A stretch of DNA of 64,000 nucleotides from Myxococcota bacterium (GTDB lineage: Bacteria > Myxococcota_A > SURF-8): assembly GCA_965140415.1 (NCBI GenBank), contig OZ223209.1:4736001-4800000 (forward strand), in the 5' to 3' direction. Shown here in pieces: positions 59,600 through 64,000 of the stretch (the stretch's first letter is position 1; every line of letters begins with the position of its first letter). Below the pieces are notes generated by a model that worked only from the letters and a program-made list of their open reading frames with translations, ran no database searches and was not told the DNA's origin. Position numbers and translations under genes: made by a program.

Positions 59600-59749
59600 A
59601 ACGTTTCCAGAGCAGGAAGTGTTTTACCCCCAAAAAAGCAACAAAAAAAAAACGTTGAAGCAGCGATTGTCCCCGTGATTTCCCGCTATCTATTGACGAA
59701 GACAGGTGATTGAGGTATTCAAAAGACTGTTGCGTCAAGTTAACGGGAG

Positions 59750-60832
59750 GTGCTTACCGTGATCGTCATCAGCAAGAACAGCCGGACATTGCAAGTAATG
59801 CTTTTTACTTTGGTTGCGTTTTGTTTGATTCCGCTCCATGCCATGGCCGCAAACTGGGGCTATTCCGGAAGCAAGCCGGTTACCGAAGACGATCACCTCC
59901 TTCACATGCAGGACTCCATGTATTACATGGAGCAGTGGAGTGCTTCAACCTACTTCGGCAAAGACCACAGTCTGCATGTCAATCTGATCTATTCCAAAAT
60001 GACCACGAAATCGAAAAAAGGGGTTTTCCGTGTGGAATATAACACGCCGGACGGAAAGCAGATTGTCGATAACGAACGCTGCGAGTTGAAAATCACGCAA
60101 AATCCACTTACTTTCAGTTGCGGCAAAGGCAAAATCATCGGTCCGATGTCCGATCTCGCCATTGTATGGAAAGGCGACAAACTTCCCGTGTTGATGAAGT
60201 TGAAAGCTTTGGCTCCCCCCTTCAGACCGGGCAATGGTCGTTTGACTTCACCGGACGATTCCGACGACTTCTACGACTTCATGCTCTCCGTTCCGCGAGC
60301 CAAGACCGTCGCCAAACTCAAAGGCGAAGTACTTCGAGGTTATTCGATGGTCGATCACAGCTACACGAATATCGGCTTGCATAAAATCTCCCGCCATTTC
60401 GTGCGCAGCACCAATATCGACAACGACATTTCCGTGATCTTCGCCGCCAACTGGTTAAAAGACGGGCGTTATGCAGGCTGGATCTCCATTACGGATAACC
60501 AGGGGCATTCCTTTTCCACTACGGATCTTACGTTCACGTTTTCCGATTTGTGGAACGATCCGGATAAAGCCGGTTATTTCGCCCCCAAAAGCATCGCGAT
60601 TGAAAGCAAGGGGCAAACGCCATTCAGTTTGAAATTGAAGAATATGAACTTCGTGCGAAAGAAAGACATGTTATCGAATTTGAGCAAGCTGGAATCTTTC
60701 GTCGTGCGCCGCTTTTCAGATCCGATGCGCTACAACTTCTCCGGTCTGGCAGATATCGTATGGAAACCGGAAGATAAGGCCGTTACACTACAGCGCAGCT
60801 TGTGGCTATCCATCAAACAACTGAACAAGTGA
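59750..60832 (+). CDS. Hypothetical secreted protein, possible AttH/Svf1-like beta-barrel fold
   Basis: Signal peptide ending AMA, YYMEQW near the N-terminus, GYSMVDHSYTN central motif. Confidence 0.55.
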   Translation: MLTVIVISKNSRTLQVMLFTLVAFCLIPLHAMAANWGYSGSKPVTEDDHLLHMQDSMYYMEQWSASTYFGKDHSLHVNLIYSKMTTKSKKGVFRVEYNTPDGKQIVDNERCELKITQNPLTFSCGKGKIIGPMSDLAIVWKGDKLPVLMKLKALAPPFRPGNGRLTSPDDSDDFYDFMLSVPRAKTVAKLKGEVLRGYSMVDHSYTNIGLHKISRHFVRSTNIDNDISVIFAANWLKDGRYAGWISITDNQGHSFSTTDLTFTFSDLWNDPDKAGYFAPKSIAIESKGQTPFSLKLKNMNFVRKKDMLSNLSKLESFVVRRFSDPMRYNFSGLADIVWKPEDKAVTLQRSLWLSIKQLNK

Positions 60833-60953
60833 TACCCGTCCCGTTGCCTTAAACTGGTTCTTATTTGATTTTAGGGATGCTTATGCCATTCCCGCGAAGG
60901 CAAACAATCCAGTTTCTTGAATGGATTCAATGGATTCCCCACCTGCTCTGGTT

Positions 60954-62102
60954 CTACTCCAGTATCACGCATTCGCGCTCGTCCGGGTTGTCGCCGATGC
61001 AGATATAGCCTTCCTGGCATTGAGTGCTGACCGTGCAGCTCGTGCGGCAGGTATAATCGTCCAAACAACGGTAGCCATCGGCGCAGGGAACCGGATCGGG
61101 ACGCGGAGTGGGCACGCAGCCTACGCTATCCTGGCAACTTTGCCCCGACCAGAGTTTATATTCTTCCACACATTGTTCCACCGGACACAGCGTTTCGGCC
61201 AGCCAGTTGCCACGCAGACAGCGCCGATAACCAGTATCGCCTTCGTTACAGATCGTCGCTCCCTGCTGGTAGATAATCGCCGATTCTGTACTTTCCATAC
61301 CGACGTGATACACACAGACAGAAGAATTCGGAGCACAATAGCGGCCAATATCGTCATAGTCAAGCTGGCAGGCATGATCGGGCAGGCAGTCGGCAGAAGT
61401 GGAACAAGGGAAGCCATCCGCATGATTAGGTGGCTTGTTGTCCACATCCAGATCGCCTTCTACATCAATATCCAGATCTCCGTCGGGTTGAATCAGGTCG
61501 CCGTCCTCTTCCGTGGGTGGCTCATCGGAGCAGTAATCATCCTGCTCCGGGTCATCGTTTGTCACACACTGATCGTCGGGACAATGCCGCAATAACGCTT
61601 CGGTAGTGTAATAACCACAGGTGGGATGCGCGCAGTCAAAACGCTGGAAGCAGCGGTACAATGCACCGTTATGACATAGGTTCACATCGTGCTGAACCTG
61701 ACCGGAGCGGCAATACACCTGGGAAAAGAAATCACCACATTCCGGGTCGAGATCGTCTCCCAAACAGGGATTCTGCACTTCCTGGTCGTTTTCCGATTGC
61801 TCCACGTTCTCCGTGGTATCGCCGTCAACCACCTGATCCGCCGTATCCACCAGATCCGGCTCGGTGTCCGGTTCCGCATCCAGATCGCCATCCACAATAA
61901 CCTGGTCCGGATCTCCGTCTGTAATGGGATCGTCACCGTCGATCACCTGAATGCAGGCACCCAACTCGCATTTATAACCGGGGCCACAATCCGCCGAGGT
62001 ATTGCACTGGCGCTGAGGGTCCGTTTCGTCGCTCTCATTGCAGGCGATTGCTGAAACGAACACAAGCAGCACTACTAAAATCAAACCATACCGCCAGGAC
62101 AT
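60954..62102 (-). CDS. Cys-rich lipoprotein with acidic DGD linkers
   Basis: Lipobox AIA-C-NESDE, CxxxxDC Cys modules, multiple DGD motifs in two linkers. Confidence 0.75.
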   Translation of the reverse strand: MSWRYGLILVVLLVFVSAIACNESDETDPQRQCNTSADCGPGYKCELGACIQVIDGDDPITDGDPDQVIVDGDLDAEPDTEPDLVDTADQVVDGDTTENVEQSENDQEVQNPCLGDDLDPECGDFFSQVYCRSGQVQHDVNLCHNGALYRCFQRFDCAHPTCGYYTTEALLRHCPDDQCVTNDDPEQDDYCSDEPPTEEDGDLIQPDGDLDIDVEGDLDVDNKPPNHADGFPCSTSADCLPDHACQLDYDDIGRYCAPNSSVCVYHVGMESTESAIIYQQGATICNEGDTGYRRCLRGNWLAETLCPVEQCVEEYKLWSGQSCQDSVGCVPTPRPDPVPCADGYRCLDDYTCRTSCTVSTQCQEGYICIGDNPDERECVILE

Positions 62103-62227
62103 GGATCATCCCTTTCCATTATCTATCGCTGTCTTCTCGGCGAGTCACACAGGCAATCAGTATACCATAATTTGCAACCGAGTGGTAAACCACAGGCTGA
62201 AATCGGGAAACCTTGCGAAAATCCAGC

Positions 62228-63532
62228 TTAAAACGGCTGCCCGGTGCTTTCCTGCACCGAACGCCACAGTTCGCCCTCGGGATCGATGACTTTGCGTTCG
62301 CATATCGCCTCGCTGATCGGGATATGCGTCATGATGTTATTCCAAACGCTAAGCAAAATCCCGGTGCGTCCCGTCATTCCGGCGTGCACCGCATTCTGAG
62401 CCAAACTCGAACAGAACAACGAATCGTTCGGGTTAGCCGGGGCACTGCGAATGATATAGCTCGGATCGATGTACTTCAGCGCATGGGGCAGACCTCGCTC
62501 TTCAAGCTTCTGCGCGATGCTCCGCTTTAAAAACAGACCGATATCACCCAGCTTTACGTTTCCGCTGGGATCATGCTTCAAGCTGTTCTGGTCGAACAGA
62601 TCCTGCCCCGCCCCTTCGGCCACAACCACTACCGCATGTCGTCGGGTCTGCAAACGTTTGACCAGCCAGTCGATCAACCCGTTTTCCCCCTCCAGAACGA
62701 ACGGCACCTCGGGAATGAGCACATAGTTGACATCCGGTTCCGCCAGCGCCGCCGTCGCCGCAATATAACCGGAGTGACGCCCCATCAGGCGCACCAGACC
62801 AATGCCGTTTGGCGCGCCTTCCGCTTCCACATGCGCCGCCCGGATCGCCTCGATGGCGATACTAAAGGCGGTTTCGAAACCAAAGGTTTTTTCGACCAAC
62901 TGAATGTCATTGTCGATGGTCTTTGGAATGGCGATGACGGAAATCTTCAAGCCACGTCGGGTGATTTCCTCGTAAATGGCCTGCGCTCCGCGCAGGGAAC
63001 CATCGCCACCGATCACGAAAAACAGGCGGATATCCATGCGATCGAGCGTGTCGACCATGGCACTGACGTCCTGCGGTCCACGAGAAGACCCCAGGATCGT
63101 GCCGCCATCGTGATGGATGTTCTTGACGGCCTCAGGCGTCAGATTCATTGCCTCGTGGCCAACTTCGGGAATCAACCCGGCATATCCGTAACGGAACCCG
63201 TATATGCGTCGCACACCGTAATGGTAGTGTAATTCCATCACCAGAGTCCGGATAACATTATTGATGCCGGGGCACAATCCACCGCAGGTCACAATTCCCG
63301 CTCGGATGTTGGCCGGATCGAAAAAGAGCATTTGACGGGGACCGGCGCGCTCAAGAGTGAGTGGCTCCACGTCCGGTTGCTCTTTGATGCGCTGAACGCT
63401 CTGCCAGGAAACGTCGAACAGGAAACGGTCCTCGTCGCGCACGAAATCGCACACATTGTCGCCATGTCTTTTGGATAATTTCAATGGGGAGCGTACCTTG
63501 GCGGCTCCAAGCCGGGGAATCGTCAGATCCAT
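62228..63532 (-). CDS. pfkA: ATP-dependent 6-phosphofructokinase (clade X type)
   Basis: VTCGGLCPGINNV, GGTILGSSRG, IGGDG, PKTIDND, MGRHSG, YIDPSYIIRS. Confidence 0.93.
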   Translation of the reverse strand: MDLTIPRLGAAKVRSPLKLSKRHGDNVCDFVRDEDRFLFDVSWQSVQRIKEQPDVEPLTLERAGPRQMLFFDPANIRAGIVTCGGLCPGINNVIRTLVMELHYHYGVRRIYGFRYGYAGLIPEVGHEAMNLTPEAVKNIHHDGGTILGSSRGPQDVSAMVDTLDRMDIRLFFVIGGDGSLRGAQAIYEEITRRGLKISVIAIPKTIDNDIQLVEKTFGFETAFSIAIEAIRAAHVEAEGAPNGIGLVRLMGRHSGYIAATAALAEPDVNYVLIPEVPFVLEGENGLIDWLVKRLQTRRHAVVVVAEGAGQDLFDQNSLKHDPSGNVKLGDIGLFLKRSIAQKLEERGLPHALKYIDPSYIIRSAPANPNDSLFCSSLAQNAVHAGMTGRTGILLSVWNNIMTHIPISEAICERKVIDPEGELWRSVQESTGQPF

Positions 63533-63821
63533 TCGCCTTCTCCTTCAGTCGGCAGTAGTCAGGTATACAACAAGTCTGGCGGCTGCCAGCTACAAACGAG
63601 CGAGCCTCGCTTATTCTAATATTGTATGATGCTTCAACCGGAAACGAAACCTTTTTATGGAGTGATAGCAGAACGGCTCGAAAGATCCCTCCAAGAGTTA
63701 CCTGTTTTTTTTTTGAGCTTCGTAGGATCTGTGCTAGAATAACACAATTTGTGTTATGAAATGCCCCATCGCCAATTGACGATCACTGCAAGAGGGGCGG
63801 TTCCATTGGTGGGAGAAGTGC

Positions 63822-64000
63822 ATGAGTACCATTAACCCCAATCCTGAGCCGGTAAAACTCGTCATCAACTTTTTCTACAGTGAAGAAGAGCAGTTGGAGC
63901 GGGCGTTGTTGCGCCTTAGTGAGGAATACGGTCCCATTGGCAACCGAATGCCCCCGATTCCCTTCGACCACACCACCTATTACGACAGAGAAATGAACGG
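63822..64000 (+). CDS. DUF4416-like protein (partial, runs off the right edge)
   Basis: Manual translation MSTINPNPEPVKLVINFFYS...IPFDHTTYYDREM. The PVKL and FxxTxYYxxEM pattern fits DUF4416. GGGAG SD upstream. Confidence 0.7.
   Translation, partial: MSTINPNPEPVKLVINFFYSEEEQLERALLRLSEEYGPIGNRMPPIPFDHTTYYDREMN

Overview
Bacterial chromosomal window, probably from a deltaproteobacterial/Myxococcota-like lineage. This is inferred from the Cys-rich and acidic-linker lipoproteins, the OmpA-TSP3 protein, a double-PilZ protein and a small XRE gene. Core genes are coaD (partial), rsmD, rnd, rho, pntAa/pntAb/pntB, an rlmI-like methyltransferase, mltG, ruvX, tRNA-Met(CAT), an ABC-F ATPase, pfkA and a partial DUF4416-like gene. 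They are interspersed with a TetR-RND-TolC efflux operon, two orphan histidine kinases, one intact IS4-family element (19-bp TIRs, 10-bp TSD) and many exported hydrolases and adhesins. The most striking window-wide pattern is nine unrelated lipoproteins that share an acidic patch after the lipidated Cys and a DGD-rich linker, which five envelope-type lipoproteins lack. This could be a lineage-specific sorting or surface-display signal. Other notable items: (1) an AT-rich Abi-alpha-like domain fused to a GC-rich DUF2793-like domain; (2) a GC-mosaic three-gene metalloprotease locus whose first gene has an apparent ATA start and a C9 tract; (3) a REP-like hairpin cluster with a constant loop and variable stems, into which the IS4 inserted; (4) two families of dispersed non-coding elements; (5) a candidate structured leader upstream of a methyltransferase. 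No CRISPR array, rRNA, integrase or prophage was seen. All family assignments come from motif recognition by eye, not database searches.
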